Source: a virus (Duplodnaviria > Caudoviricetes). From it: DNA of 64,000 bases. A model generated the notes under the pieces. It saw only the letters and a list, made by a program, of their open reading frames with translations, searched no databases and was not told where the DNA came from. Position 1 is the first letter of the stretch, and each line of letters opens with the position of its first letter. Location of the stretch: positions 20,653 through 84,652 of the IMG/VR virus record IMGVR_UViG_3300028797_000148. One strand, given 5' to 3'. Of this stretch, positions 25,963 to 36,476 are shown one piece after another. The position numbers and the translations under genes are program-made.

Positions 25963-28900
25963 TTATGCTACAATTTGATTATCAACAATTCTTGTAAGTT
26001 TACCATCATCAACGGTTACGTGCAATGTGAATATGGCCTTATTCTGATACGACCAATCTACGGGCATATCCTCGTTGGTAAGATGCAGGGTCTTTTCGCC
26101 CGAATGGAGCATACCCCATGTTACATCTGCCTCCGTTTGGCCGCTTTCGCTTGCACGCTCCCAAACAAAGAACTCCTCGTCGATGTCGGCTGTTATATCC
26201 ACGTTTCCATAGAACACATGCGGGGTAATAACCGTATCAACAGCACCACGACGGAATGAATACCCGTTGCTTGAAACAAACTCGATGGTGAGGTTATCGT
26301 TACCGTCAACCAAACGCCAATAGGGGCTGTTCCATGCAGGCTCATAATACACATCAACACCGCCTTGTCTTACGGGCTGGTGCTGGAGGCATTGCCAGCG
26401 ACCGCCGTTGTGCCGTACTTCGTGTATTTCGTACTGCTGCGTTTCCTCGTTGTATTCGTTATAGAAATAGATACCCGCGCCAACGGTAGGCGTTGTGGCC
26501 TGCGCACCGTCCACCCAATCACCGCAGAAAACGATAACGGGTACGGGCAATCCCTCGCGTGTTACCTTGATAAAGTTTCCAACGACAACACCTTGTGCGT
26601 AAATCCAGTCAGTATGCTCGCCAACCTCATCCAAAACCGCCCGTACATCGGGGTAGTTCTTTACAAATTCGGGAAGCTCACCGATGGTAACGCCATAGTT
26701 ACCGTTCTTTAGGATAGGCGAATCAACACCCGTATATTTTACTACACGGCCTTCTGATGTGCTTATCATAAACATGCGCTGGCGACGGATAATGCTTGCC
26801 TTTATGCTTTCGTAGTCGGGGTCTGATGGATTTGAATAATCAATACAGCCCCAGCGTGCGATGGTCATTAGCTCGCAAGGCTCAAAATTCCTTTGTGCTG
26901 GAACTTGCTGGTCGCCGTAAAGAACGACGCGAATCTGATTAACTCCGAGCTCGTCCTCCGTGCCTACGGTGGTATTGTGTGTCGCCACGACGCGCATCCA
27001 CGATGTATAGTATTTGTTCGAGCCATCCTGCTCAACAGACGAGCTTTCGTAATCGCTAACGCCTGCCTGCTTTGCAGCAAGGGTGTTGATGATACCCTTG
27101 ATAACGTTACCGTACATCTGCCCCGTGATATAACCGTCGTACTTTTCCTTGAGCGAAAGCGTGTAATACGTTACGCCCGTTTCCTCGTCGACGAATTTCT
27201 CTACGTAGTCGATTTGGTCGTTATCGCTGAATACGGTATCACCCTCCTGCGCCTGCAAACGGTTGATAAGCAATTCCACGACCTCGAGGAAAGAACGGAC
27301 GCGCAATGATTCAAGCTCGGCATTTCCCAGCTTGTCTATGCGCCATCCCTTACCACCGTATAGGCCGCTAACGAAATCGGGGCTTTGTACCGTATCATGG
27401 AAGAATACCATGCCGATAGAATCCAATCCCTGCTGGAATGTGATGCGGCCTTGGCAGACATCATCAACGATACGCGAAAGCTTTGATTTCACGTCACCAA
27501 GGATGGTGTCGCCGTAGTATTTTTCGAGGCCGTTCACTTGTGCGCGTAAACGGTTCAATCCATCTACGGTCTGCCCTATCTCGTTGACAACGATTTCTAT
27601 ATCATCGGTTAGCGTGATGTCGTACTGCGGCAAAACCTTGTCACCGTATTTCACGGTAAGCTGTTTCACGTACAGCATCTTTGTCACGCCCGCATATTGG
27701 AAGCGTACAACGGCATTGGGCTTTATCTGCGCAAGCTCGTATGTATGCGTAGCCAAGAAATACTCATCGAATTTCAGCGGATAGTCGAAATAGTGCTCGT
27801 TGTTTGCAGCAAGGTATTCGGCCATCGCGGTATCAAGCTCTCCCTCTGCCGTGCTGATATACGACAAAGGCAAAGATATGCCGATGATAGCGAACTTATC
27901 GCCCGATGCTGGCTTTTGGTACACGTTCGGCATAAGCACGCCGTATGTCGTGTTTTCTTTCTTGCACAATACCGTTATCTGACCTGCGGAGCTGTCGGGG
28001 TATTTATCGCCATCGCGGACGTGGCCATCATCCTCTTCCAAATTCGGATTATGGATAACGGGGTCAAAAGTACCGTCGGGCTTGTAGAAATTCTTTTTGT
28101 AATCCTCCCAATCCACTTGAACGGGGAACGTACAGCCGATACAAGCACCAGTCCGCATATAGATTGACATCTCCTGCGTAGCTGCGGCACTTGCGTATAT
28201 ATCAAATGAAAGCTGCGGCAAAGTTACCTTGAAATAGCTTTGCACGTAGTTTCCATCGTCGTCCATAGTATCGTCCCAATCATCGGATGGCACTACATGG
28301 CCGCGCTGCAATACGGTGTACTCGAAAGCAACGGTATCGCTGACATATTTTACGTAGATAAACGTGTTATCCTTATAGAAGGAATACTCAACGATATAGC
28401 TACCTGCCGTGTCCTTGAACGTGTACTTTTCCGTGCTTGCATGTGTAAGGATGGTATTCGGAACGGCGGTAAGGATAGCAGCCTCTTTCTCGTTCTTAGC
28501 ATCTCCAGCAAGCTCGTTTACCGTAGCAACAAAGTTATTCCATCGTATATAGTCAACACCTTTCTCGCCGCCGCTATACGCCTCCACGTTTACAAGTGAT
28601 GCGTTACCTAACTGCGGCTTAATCTTTTCAAATTCATGCGACTCATACGATGGCTCGCCAGCCTTTAGCGGATTGGGATAGCTACCGTCCGCATCAATGT
28701 AGTCGATAATCTCCGTATTGGGATTATAGCCCGATGCGTAAGGATTGACTTTCTTGTTTACCGTTTCAGTATATATGCTCGGCATAAGGTGGCTGCGGGT
28801 GAACGGGTGCTTAATCAAGCGTACCCTTTGACCGCCTACAATACCGTCGTATATAGGATATGAGTTAGCGGCATTGGCATCATTGTTGATGGTATAATCC

Positions 28901-29760
28901 CAGCTTTGATTGCCATTCCAAATAATCTGCGGATAGCCGTAGGGTATATTATCCTCGCTGCCATATCCAGCAAGACGGGTGATAATCTTATTGTTCCTTG
29001 GCGTGCGGGAATTGTTCTTTAGGCCAACACCCTGCCCGAACTTGAACACAAAAGGCACATCGGGGTCATGCCCCTCAATGGGCTTTTCGTATATCTCGTT
29101 AGATGGCAGTCCGTAGATAATCAAGAAACGCTTGCCTTGGTCGTAATACTGCTCGCCCTCCTTGATGGTATCAATGATATAAGGAACTTCCCAATTGTCG
29201 TAGCCAGTTTTCAGCGCATCGGCAATTGAAACCTTATCAAAGGAAAGAACATCGCTTAAAAGTTGGATTTTCGCCTGCTCCACGCTTGAGCTGATACCTA
29301 CTATCCATTGCGTGCCTTGCAGGTTCTTATTCAGCTTTGCCACATAATCAGCAAGGTTGCCAATCCATGTAAACGTCTTATCCTGCGACTTGAACTTTTC
29401 CTCGCTACTGCTAACGGCAGCATCCGTGAAAGGAAAGTTTGCAAGCACATACATGGGATGATAGAAAACAAAGCTGTATTTCGTCATTCCCTTATGCTGG
29501 CTGTTATCTGCAACCATTCCCTCGCGGACAACCGTTGGCGGGTTTACAAGGACATATTTCACACCGTTATACAACACGTACTCGGTCATTTCAACGGAAA
29601 GGCCGTTATTCTTGTAGTACACATCGCCCGTTATCTTGTCTACCAAAGACATGACAATGGAGTCGGAGGTGAATTTCGTCAACTCCAACTCGTTAAACGA
29701 TGTACCGTCTGCGTTGTAAATCGGTAATGTTATATTTCGCCCTAATGTATTTGTACCCAT
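25963..29760 (-). CDS. Large tail-tip/hub protein
   Basis: About 1265 aa from MGTNTLGR; ITRLAGYGSEDNIP and GWRIDKLGNAELESLRVR modules; own promoter at 29780-29811. Confidence 0.65.
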   Translation of the reverse strand: MGTNTLGRNITLPIYNADGTSFNELELTKFTSDSIVMSLVDKITGDVYYKNNGLSVEMTEYVLYNGVKYVLVNPPTVVREGMVADNSQHKGMTKYSFVFYHPMYVLANFPFTDAAVSSSEEKFKSQDKTFTWIGNLADYVAKLNKNLQGTQWIVGISSSVEQAKIQLLSDVLSFDKVSIADALKTGYDNWEVPYIIDTIKEGEQYYDQGKRFLIIYGLPSNEIYEKPIEGHDPDVPFVFKFGQGVGLKNNSRTPRNNKIITRLAGYGSEDNIPYGYPQIIWNGNQSWDYTINNDANAANSYPIYDGIVGGQRVRLIKHPFTRSHLMPSIYTETVNKKVNPYASGYNPNTEIIDYIDADGSYPNPLKAGEPSYESHEFEKIKPQLGNASLVNVEAYSGGEKGVDYIRWNNFVATVNELAGDAKNEKEAAILTAVPNTILTHASTEKYTFKDTAGSYIVEYSFYKDNTFIYVKYVSDTVAFEYTVLQRGHVVPSDDWDDTMDDDGNYVQSYFKVTLPQLSFDIYASAAATQEMSIYMRTGACIGCTFPVQVDWEDYKKNFYKPDGTFDPVIHNPNLEEDDGHVRDGDKYPDSSAGQITVLCKKENTTYGVLMPNVYQKPASGDKFAIIGISLPLSYISTAEGELDTAMAEYLAANNEHYFDYPLKFDEYFLATHTYELAQIKPNAVVRFQYAGVTKMLYVKQLTVKYGDKVLPQYDITLTDDIEIVVNEIGQTVDGLNRLRAQVNGLEKYYGDTILGDVKSKLSRIVDDVCQGRITFQQGLDSIGMVFFHDTVQSPDFVSGLYGGKGWRIDKLGNAELESLRVRSFLEVVELLINRLQAQEGDTVFSDNDQIDYVEKFVDEETGVTYYTLSLKEKYDGYITGQMYGNVIKGIINTLAAKQAGVSDYESSSVEQDGSNKYYTSWMRVVATHNTTVGTEDELGVNQIRVVLYGDQQVPAQRNFEPCELMTIARWGCIDYSNPSDPDYESIKASIIRRQRMFMISTSEGRVVKYTGVDSPILKNGNYGVTIGELPEFVKNYPDVRAVLDEVGEHTDWIYAQGVVVGNFIKVTREGLPVPVIVFCGDWVDGAQATTPTVGAGIYFYNEYNEETQQYEIHEVRHNGGRWQCLQHQPVRQGGVDVYYEPAWNSPYWRLVDGNDNLTIEFVSSNGYSFRRGAVDTVITPHVFYGNVDITADIDEEFFVWERASESGQTEADVTWGMLHSGEKTLHLTNEDMPVDWSYQNKAIFTLHVTVDDGKLTRIVDNQIVA

Positions 29761-30353
29761 CTTATAATTTTTACAAATGCAAAGATAATACCTAAAATCG
29801 TAAACCCCAAACAATACCAGCACCATTTAGGAATTTTTGTCTTTTCGACTACGGTATATTCCTTGTGCGTAAGCTGTTCTTGAAGGGAATCGCATTTAGC
29901 GACATACTGCCTCAGAGAATCCCGCGCAAGCCTAAAATGCGCAATGGAATCGAGCAGCTGCTTTTCGTATTCGCGGTTACGGGACACGGTTTCCTTTTCC
30001 TTATGCCACGTCTCCTGCTTGATAACATTGCCTTGCGCATCAACCGTCATAACGGTGGAATCCGATTTCTCAACCTTTGTTTCGGTTTCGACTTTCTCGG
30101 TTTCCTTTATTTCGGTCTTGTGTTCGGTATCTGTTGAATCCACCTTGACGCTTTGAACATCTGTCGAATCCACCTTAACCTCGGTTTTCTGATGGTCGTT
30201 CTCAACAATATGTTTCTTTGTAGCGCAAGATGAAAACAGAAGCACCAAGCAGATGATTAGACCGACATAGAATGGCGTGCCGCATCCGTTGTTAAGCATT
30301 TGGTTCTGTTCCCACATGCGGGCGTAGAACTCTCTGTCCTCGCGTGTTGCCAT
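29742..30353 (-). CDS. Unimolecular spanin-like lipoprotein
   Basis: Lipobox LLFSSC after a hydrophobic segment plus a C-terminal transmembrane helix; adjacent to the endolysin. Confidence 0.65.
   Translation of the reverse strand: MATREDREFYARMWEQNQMLNNGCGTPFYVGLIICLVLLFSSCATKKHIVENDHQKTEVKVDSTDVQSVKVDSTDTEHKTEIKETEKVETETKVEKSDSTVMTVDAQGNVIKQETWHKEKETVSRNREYEKQLLDSIAHFRLARDSLRQYVAKCDSLQEQLTHKEYTVVEKTKIPKWCWYCLGFTILGIIFAFVKIIRWVQIH
29780..29811 (-). promoter_or_regulatory. Bacteroidota promoter inside the 3' end of the spanin-like gene
   Basis: Reverse strand TTTG-N20-TATCTTTG, 20 nt upstream of the ATG at 29760. Confidence 0.55.
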
Positions 30354-30355
30354 AA

Positions 30356-30979
30356 CTAAATATCCTTATATTCGTTGGTTGCATCAAACGAAGGACATGC
30401 CTTTCCTTTCCTATCAAGGTCACGGTGGCCGACAATCTTTGCCTTTGGATAAAGCTTGCGCAAATCCTTTAGCAAGGCAATCAAAGCCGCCTTCTGCTTA
30501 TCGGTGCGCGTGTCCTTATCCTTCATTTTCTTGTCACAGCCGCCAACATAGCACACACCGATGGAATTTGCGTTGTAGCCCTCGCAATGCGCCCCCACAA
30601 GGTTTACATTACGACCGTTCCATCGTTCGCCGTTCAAGCCGATAAGGTAGTGATAACCGATGTCAGCCCATCCTTTTGCCTTGTGCATCCTGCGGACGGA
30701 CTCTACGGTTTCTACGCGGCCTTCGGGTGTTGCCGTGCAATGCACAATGATGCGGTTTATTGTACGCCGTGATACCTGCAAAGATGATTCGTTAGGCACG
30801 ATAACAGCCCATGTTTTCTCGCCAACGATACCGTCGGGAACGAGGCCGTGCGCCTTTTGAAATGCCTTGACTGCCTCCTCGGTTACTGCACCGAAGATAC
30901 CGTCCTGCACCAAGTTCAGAGCGGCCTGCAAGCGTTTTACAAGCTCGCCCCTACTGCCTTTTGATAATACTACTGCCAT
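30356..30979 (-). CDS. Endolysin: PG-binding domain plus N-acetylmuramoyl-L-alanine amidase (T7-like)
   Basis: DGIFGAVTEEAVKAFQ (PG_binding_1); IIVHCTAT, DIGYHY, GAHC, VGHRD, KACPSF. Confidence 0.92.
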   Translation of the reverse strand: MAVVLSKGSRGELVKRLQAALNLVQDGIFGAVTEEAVKAFQKAHGLVPDGIVGEKTWAVIVPNESSLQVSRRTINRIIVHCTATPEGRVETVESVRRMHKAKGWADIGYHYLIGLNGERWNGRNVNLVGAHCEGYNANSIGVCYVGGCDKKMKDKDTRTDKQKAALIALLKDLRKLYPKAKIVGHRDLDRKGKACPSFDATNEYKDI

Positions 30980-30991
30980 AATAATTACTTT

Positions 30992-31504
30992 TTATATTTC
31001 GTTACTTGGTTCAATGTCGTTTTTACGCGCTGTTTCGCGCTCTTCTATCGTTGCAAAGCTGTCGTCGTCGATGTTTTCCATGAGACTAACCTTTTTGCGG
31101 TGCATACAGCCCGCTACACCGCATAGGAAAGGGGAAAGTACGTCGATGCGCCTGCCTAAACGTGATATATCGCGCTTATAGTTTAAGTCCATCTGCGTCA
31201 TTCTTTCCTCTATCTCGATGTACTTAGCCCGCATTTCGTGGTTTTCCTTACGCAGCTCATTACGTTCATCCTTATAATGGTCGCGTTCGGCACGTACCTC
31301 CGCAAGCGTTCTGTTCACATCGGCAAGTGTAGTGTTGTAGTATTCTTGAGCCTCCTTGTTGGCCTGCGCCTCGGTTTGTTTCGCCTCGCCGTTGGCCTTT
31401 CGTCGGCTTGCACGCCAATGAAGAAACCAGCCTCCTCCCAAGACGATTGTCATTAAGGTGTTGATAAGGCTGTAAATCTCTCCTCCAAATCCATACTCTC
31501 CCAT
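30992..31504 (-). CDS. Holin-like protein (single N-terminal TM plus coiled coil)
   Basis: Directly upstream of the endolysin; LINTLMTIVLGGGWF followed by heptads. Confidence 0.5.
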   Translation of the reverse strand: MGEYGFGGEIYSLINTLMTIVLGGGWFLHWRASRRKANGEAKQTEAQANKEAQEYYNTTLADVNRTLAEVRAERDHYKDERNELRKENHEMRAKYIEIEERMTQMDLNYKRDISRLGRRIDVLSPFLCGVAGCMHRKKVSLMENIDDDSFATIEERETARKNDIEPSNEI

Positions 31505-31524
31505 AATGATAAACCTCCTTTCTT

Positions 31525-33039
31525 TTAAGACATGCCCGTTTGAGCATTGTTATCGACTATTTCATCGCTACGGTTACGGCTGATGTTGTTTGCCGTTTGC
31601 GCGTTGCTATCAATAGCCTTTGTATCAAGTGGGATAAGTGCGCCACGCTCCTTGATGATGCGGTCAATCTCATCGGGTGCAGCATCGGGAGAGTTTTCAA
31701 TCACGGTCTTCATAGAAAGCCACTTGGCCTCCATAGAAAGGTTCGTAATCTTCGTATTGTTAGTCTCCAGCGACCAAGGAACAATCTTTGCGCCAATATG
31801 CAGCTTGGAATATTTATCCACGCCGTTATTCTCCAAATCCAATCCCTCTTGATGCAGATATACCATATCGTTCACGAATTTACGCCAATCCAATGCGCTT
31901 TGCGTAGCAAGGGCATAGTCGTTAGACATAGCCAATGCTATTCCGTTACCGCCGCTGTTGGTGGTTGTAATATCCTTTGGCGTAATGAACGATGTAGAGC
32001 TGAATAGTGAAATCTTTTCCTCAAGGGTTTTAAGATACCCGTCCATAGTCTGCGGTTCGGGGAACTCCAGCACTTTTGCGTCCTGCTTTCCGTTAGTCGT
32101 ATCACTTGAAAGATTAATGATAAGGGTGCTTGAATCGCGCTTGAACGACTCGGCATCCATCTCACCCGTGAATACAAGTGCGAACGTGCCGAAACGCTTC
32201 AATGCAATATCGTTGATGTTTGCCATAAGCTCCCACATCTCGATAGTGCTTTCTGCATACTCCCAAGCCACCTTACCGCGCTTGATAAGCAAAGGACAAC
32301 GGCTGAAACCATGCTTTTCCATAGTAATCTCCCAGCCCGTATCACCTTGCATTACGCGATAGTGGTTTGTATTGTCGTATGTATCAATGATTTTTTTGTT
32401 ATCAACCATGTAAACGATAGAACGGGCGATTTCGTAGCCGTATTCATCGTAGTTAGGAATAATCTGATAACCGTCCTCGTAGCTGTATGTCGTTACGATG
32501 GTCTTGTTTTCTGATTTATCGAAACTGAAAAGCAGTCCCGTGTTACCAAGCTGCTTACATGTATTGATAGCCTGCGAAAGCCACCAGTCCATATCACGGT
32601 CAGCCCAAGCATCCTTAACCTCCTCAAACGGGTTTATACCACCGTTATTAGCATCGGTTTTGCCGAGGTTGAAGAGTAATGGATTGGCTGTCAGCGAACG
32701 GACATGTGCCGAGTGAATCAGCTTTTGGAACGATGCCGTTTGTGTCATGTCAAGCATACCCAAAGGCAGCTCGCATCCGTCAATAGAAACCTTGATATGC
32801 GGTATTGACCTATTCATAATTATATGATGCAGGTCGGGACGATACTCCGTGATATACAAATCCTGCGACACGGGCTTTAGCGTAAGATTCGTGAAACCCG
32901 TATCAATCATGGAATTAATCTGAATGTCCGAGTTCTCGTAGCCGTGTCCGTTCATCTTACCGCCGCGAGTGAAAGGCTTCATCTTTGTAAGCCTTTCGGG
33001 TTCATGCAGAAACCATTTGATGTCGTGTAATCTAATCAT
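31525..33039 (-). CDS. Portal protein, probable
   Basis: 504 aa directly after the terminase; SFITP..SGGNGIALA segment resembles SPP1-type portals. Confidence 0.6.
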   Translation of the reverse strand: MIRLHDIKWFLHEPERLTKMKPFTRGGKMNGHGYENSDIQINSMIDTGFTNLTLKPVSQDLYITEYRPDLHHIIMNRSIPHIKVSIDGCELPLGMLDMTQTASFQKLIHSAHVRSLTANPLLFNLGKTDANNGGINPFEEVKDAWADRDMDWWLSQAINTCKQLGNTGLLFSFDKSENKTIVTTYSYEDGYQIIPNYDEYGYEIARSIVYMVDNKKIIDTYDNTNHYRVMQGDTGWEITMEKHGFSRCPLLIKRGKVAWEYAESTIEMWELMANINDIALKRFGTFALVFTGEMDAESFKRDSSTLIINLSSDTTNGKQDAKVLEFPEPQTMDGYLKTLEEKISLFSSTSFITPKDITTTNSGGNGIALAMSNDYALATQSALDWRKFVNDMVYLHQEGLDLENNGVDKYSKLHIGAKIVPWSLETNNTKITNLSMEAKWLSMKTVIENSPDAAPDEIDRIIKERGALIPLDTKAIDSNAQTANNISRNRSDEIVDNNAQTGMS

Positions 33040-33040
33040 C

Positions 33041-34822
33041 TTATATTGTACTTAATATGTTTAATATTTCGCTTGCGTTCCGTATCTTTCTTACACGGTG
33101 TATTCTTGTATCAACCTCCTCTTGGCCGTTGACGTTAAGCAAGGCCAGCATATCGCTCGCCTGCGCTTTCTTGCGCATAATGCCAGCATCGTCACGTAAC
33201 ATTCGGTAGCAGTCGTATATAGTGCCGCCGCAAAGGAGAATGATGTTATCCATAAGGTCGGGCGACATTCCTTTTAGCAATGCCTTCATCTTTTCCTTTG
33301 GCAGCATCTCTAAACGGCCATTCGGCGTTTTGCTGAATTGGAACACACGGCTTTCAAATACCATGTGTTTCATTACCGTAGTGCCTCCCGACCGTTTCAT
33401 GTTCTTGTGATTATAGTGAGCATTTGCGAGTCGCGGCTCATAGTGAATAAGGCCGCTTTGAATCATCTCCATAGCGACATGGCCTGCCTCATCCTTCATC
33501 GTTTTGAATTGGGCTTTACCGCGATTGCTTGGCGAGCCTGCACCGCTAAATAATATCGCACGCGGGAAGCAATCCTTTAGGAATCCAAATCCCTGCACGT
33601 CTATAATCATCTCCTTTTCTTGCAGCTTGTGCTTGTCACGGAATTGTATAGCCATGATTACGGCCTCGCGGTTGCTGTTGCTTGTGGAATATTCAATATC
33701 CCTGCACACCCAGCCATAATGCGACCACAGCTCCCAATACTTGAATATCAAGTTATCGAATCCCGTTGTAGCCATATCCATTGTCATTCGCCGTTGCAAT
33801 ACTTCGCAGCCAGCAGGCGTTTCCAATGGTCTGAACATGCGCTCCACATCGTTTGTGGCTAACTCCACGTTTGATAAATCCTCGATGCTTTCCTCTTCGT
33901 CCGTTAATGAATAGTTCCAATTAACAGAATACGATGATGCTGCTGTAGCGGAGTTGGCTGCAAGGCCACGATAACCTTTATTCTTTGATAGCATTTTCTT
34001 GTTGTCACGAACATCAAACGTGTAAAACACCATCGAAAGGATAAAGTCCTCGTATGTCATGTCGGGGTCTTCTGCCAAACGCGCATCTATGTCGGCTTTG
34101 CCTTTTTCATAGACCTCTCGTTTTGTTCTGCCCCAAACGGCTTTTTCATAATCACCGTTAGGCATAAAGAAAAACATAACGACGCCATCCATCGACTTGT
34201 CGACCGTACCGTCGTCGTTAATCCACCCACCGCCATGTACGCCTTTTCCGCACATCTTACGCATAAAACACTCCCTTTCGGGGTTCTGCGCGAGGAATAC
34301 TTGCGCCTTTCCGCTTGTGTCGCTACGCAAACGCGGGAAGAATGTGGATATTGTTCGCCATAAGAATTTGTTGCACTCGTCGAAAATGAGCTTTTTCGCC
34401 TGCAAGCCTTTTGCGATTTTATCTATAACGATAGGGTTCTCGTTATCCAGCTGCTGAAACTTAATCTCAGAGCCGTTATAGAGTTTCATACCCATGTCTT
34501 GATTGTTACGGATAATCTCGCCTATTGGGTCGTGCGGCTGTTTCTTTGTTGTACGGTCGATAAGAGGGTACATCTTTTTAAGCGTATCATTTACCTTTCC
34601 CGCGCCCCAAAAGTCGCTGATATTACGCATAAAGCATACTATCTTAGCGTTATCGTTCGTAGCAAGGTGCATGATAGGCGCATAGTACAATGCAACGGAT
34701 TTGCCGCCGCCCGTACCCCCCGTAAAGCATACGACATCAGCATTAGAACGGATAGCAAACTTTTGGTTGCCATCCTCTAAAGGTGCTAATACAATATCGT
34801 TACGCTTACGTGCCATACGCAA
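33041..34822 (-). CDS. terL: Terminase large subunit
   Basis: Walker A FTGGTGGGKS, Walker B LIFDE, AQNP coupling motif, nuclease MTMDMA and PDLMD. Confidence 0.85.
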   Translation of the reverse strand: MRMARKRNDIVLAPLEDGNQKFAIRSNADVVCFTGGTGGGKSVALYYAPIMHLATNDNAKIVCFMRNISDFWGAGKVNDTLKKMYPLIDRTTKKQPHDPIGEIIRNNQDMGMKLYNGSEIKFQQLDNENPIVIDKIAKGLQAKKLIFDECNKFLWRTISTFFPRLRSDTSGKAQVFLAQNPERECFMRKMCGKGVHGGGWINDDGTVDKSMDGVVMFFFMPNGDYEKAVWGRTKREVYEKGKADIDARLAEDPDMTYEDFILSMVFYTFDVRDNKKMLSKNKGYRGLAANSATAASSYSVNWNYSLTDEEESIEDLSNVELATNDVERMFRPLETPAGCEVLQRRMTMDMATTGFDNLIFKYWELWSHYGWVCRDIEYSTSNSNREAVIMAIQFRDKHKLQEKEMIIDVQGFGFLKDCFPRAILFSGAGSPSNRGKAQFKTMKDEAGHVAMEMIQSGLIHYEPRLANAHYNHKNMKRSGGTTVMKHMVFESRVFQFSKTPNGRLEMLPKEKMKALLKGMSPDLMDNIILLCGGTIYDCYRMLRDDAGIMRKKAQASDMLALLNVNGQEEVDTRIHRVRKIRNASEILNILSTI

Positions 34823-34873
34823 AAGTAATTAAAAATGCAACAAGTTTATAAACCTAATAGAAATTTCTTGTTG

Positions 34874-34998
34874 CAAAGATACACATTACTTTTCTGTATA
34901 ATTGACTTGTATCAAATTAAGTTCGTGATTTTCACGCGCTTTGTCACGTTCTTGTGTTTATTTTACTTTTCGTCTTTTCACCTTATTTATTAAATTTG
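34874..34998. promoter_or_regulatory. Divergent promoter pair between packaging and head operons
   Basis: TATCTTTG on - strand (34874-34881) and TAAATTTG on + strand (34991-34998). Confidence 0.6.
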
Positions 34999-35042
34999 CA
35001 CCCAAACAAATCTAATTGTTTAATTTTTAATAGTAGAAAACT

Positions 35043-35675
35043 ATGACAAAAGAAGAGGCTTTACAGAAAGTAAATGACTATTGTAACGAGAAAAGTTACA
35101 CCGCTGCAACCCTTACCGATGGTTTTAAAGACAAGTTTGCTGAACATTTTGCAAAGCGTTATCCCGACGCTGCCGCAGATGATGAAACAGCTCTTGGCGA
35201 CATGAAGTTCGCGCTTAATTCCGCTTTTAGCGGTGCAAGCACGATTATCACGGACAAAACCAAGGAGTTTGAGACGAAAGAAAACGGCTACAAATCCCAA
35301 ATCGCCGAGTTGCAGAAGAAAATCAAAACTCCGCCCACCGTTGTTGAGCCGCAGATTCCAAAGGAGGTGCAAGACCAATTGGACGAATTGAAAGCTTTCA
35401 AGGATGCGAAGAGTAAGCAAGAAAAGCTTGGTAACATCATGCGCATTGCAAAGGAGGGCATCCGTTCAGACTTACACGCGTCATTCGACAAGTTCGCTTC
35501 CGATTACGCCGTTAAGCTGGATAAGGAAGACAAGGAGCAGGCCGAAGGGCTGGTAGCAAAGTTCAAGGACATCTTCAAGGATTCACTTGGCGACATCCGA
35601 CCTCAGAAGCCTACTACCGATGAAACGAAAGATGCAGAAATCATCGGTTCACTTCCGAAAGTAAAGATTAGCTAA
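35043..35675 (+). CDS. Capsid scaffold-like protein
   Basis: 210 aa, charged and helical, first gene of the head operon. Confidence 0.55.
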   Translation: MTKEEALQKVNDYCNEKSYTAATLTDGFKDKFAEHFAKRYPDAAADDETALGDMKFALNSAFSGASTIITDKTKEFETKENGYKSQIAELQKKIKTPPTVVEPQIPKEVQDQLDELKAFKDAKSKQEKLGNIMRIAKEGIRSDLHASFDKFASDYAVKLDKEDKEQAEGLVAKFKDIFKDSLGDIRPQKPTTDETKDAEIIGSLPKVKIS

Positions 35676-35710
35676 CATCATTTTTATAAACAACTTAAAA
35701 AGGAAACATC

Positions 35711-36454
35711 ATGGTAACAAATTTAGCGTTTTTCTTCGAGACCTCCCGTAAGGTTCGTGGCGGTAAGTTTGTTTGGGTTAAGGATGGTAACGGCGAGCAA
35801 CGCGGTAACGTACTGCTCGGTGGCACTATTCTGAATCCTAACAAGGGTTTCGGCAAGTTGTACGCAGCCCAGCTGGTTCAGTACAACATGCAAGGTGGAT
35901 GCCTTATTTTCCGTTCTTTTGCGGCCAATAACGCCACCGCCCAAGCCTCCGACACCATAATCTACTTAAAGGGCGACGGATATTCTGACGCTCCCGAGGT
36001 CGGCATGGTTATTATGAAAGCTCCCGATGCCGTTACGGTTAAGACAATGACCGTTGTGGCTGGCTCGGGTAGCGACCCCGATACCGTTACCGAGTCTTTC
36101 GCAGACTACACGGGTCAGTCGGGTAAGATTACCGCCGTTGAATACGATGAGGCCAATGCACGTTTCAAGGTAACACTTGATACCGCTATCGGTGCTCTCG
36201 AAGTCGGCGATGTGTTGGTAGAGGCACAAGGTACAGCCGCAAGTGCTTCCGCAAAGGTTCTTGTACCAAAGCCCAACACCTTTATCGAGAAGGATGAGGA
36301 ACTGCTCCCCACCGAGGGTTATGGCTTCCAAAATGCCAACTATTCTATTTCCACCGTCTACAACAAGCAGGCTTTCATTGCCCGTATGCAGCCTCTGCCT
36401 AAGTACGTGCTTGCATTGAACAAGTCCCTTATTGACGGAATCTTTTGGATTTAA
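35711..36454 (+). CDS. Head decoration/capsid-associated protein, putative
   Basis: 247 aa between scaffold and capsid genes. Confidence 0.45.
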   Translation: MVTNLAFFFETSRKVRGGKFVWVKDGNGEQRGNVLLGGTILNPNKGFGKLYAAQLVQYNMQGGCLIFRSFAANNATAQASDTIIYLKGDGYSDAPEVGMVIMKAPDAVTVKTMTVVAGSGSDPDTVTESFADYTGQSGKITAVEYDEANARFKVTLDTAIGALEVGDVLVEAQGTAASASAKVLVPKPNTFIEKDEELLPTEGYGFQNANYSISTVYNKQAFIARMQPLPKYVLALNKSLIDGIFWI

Positions 36455-36476
36455 TTAATAAGAAAGGAAACAAGAT

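Noticed and set aside
17688-34822. Second DGR target
   Set aside because: No other ORF ends in a VRPV-like segment and I saw no further copy of the TR 3' end; targets outside the window cannot be excluded
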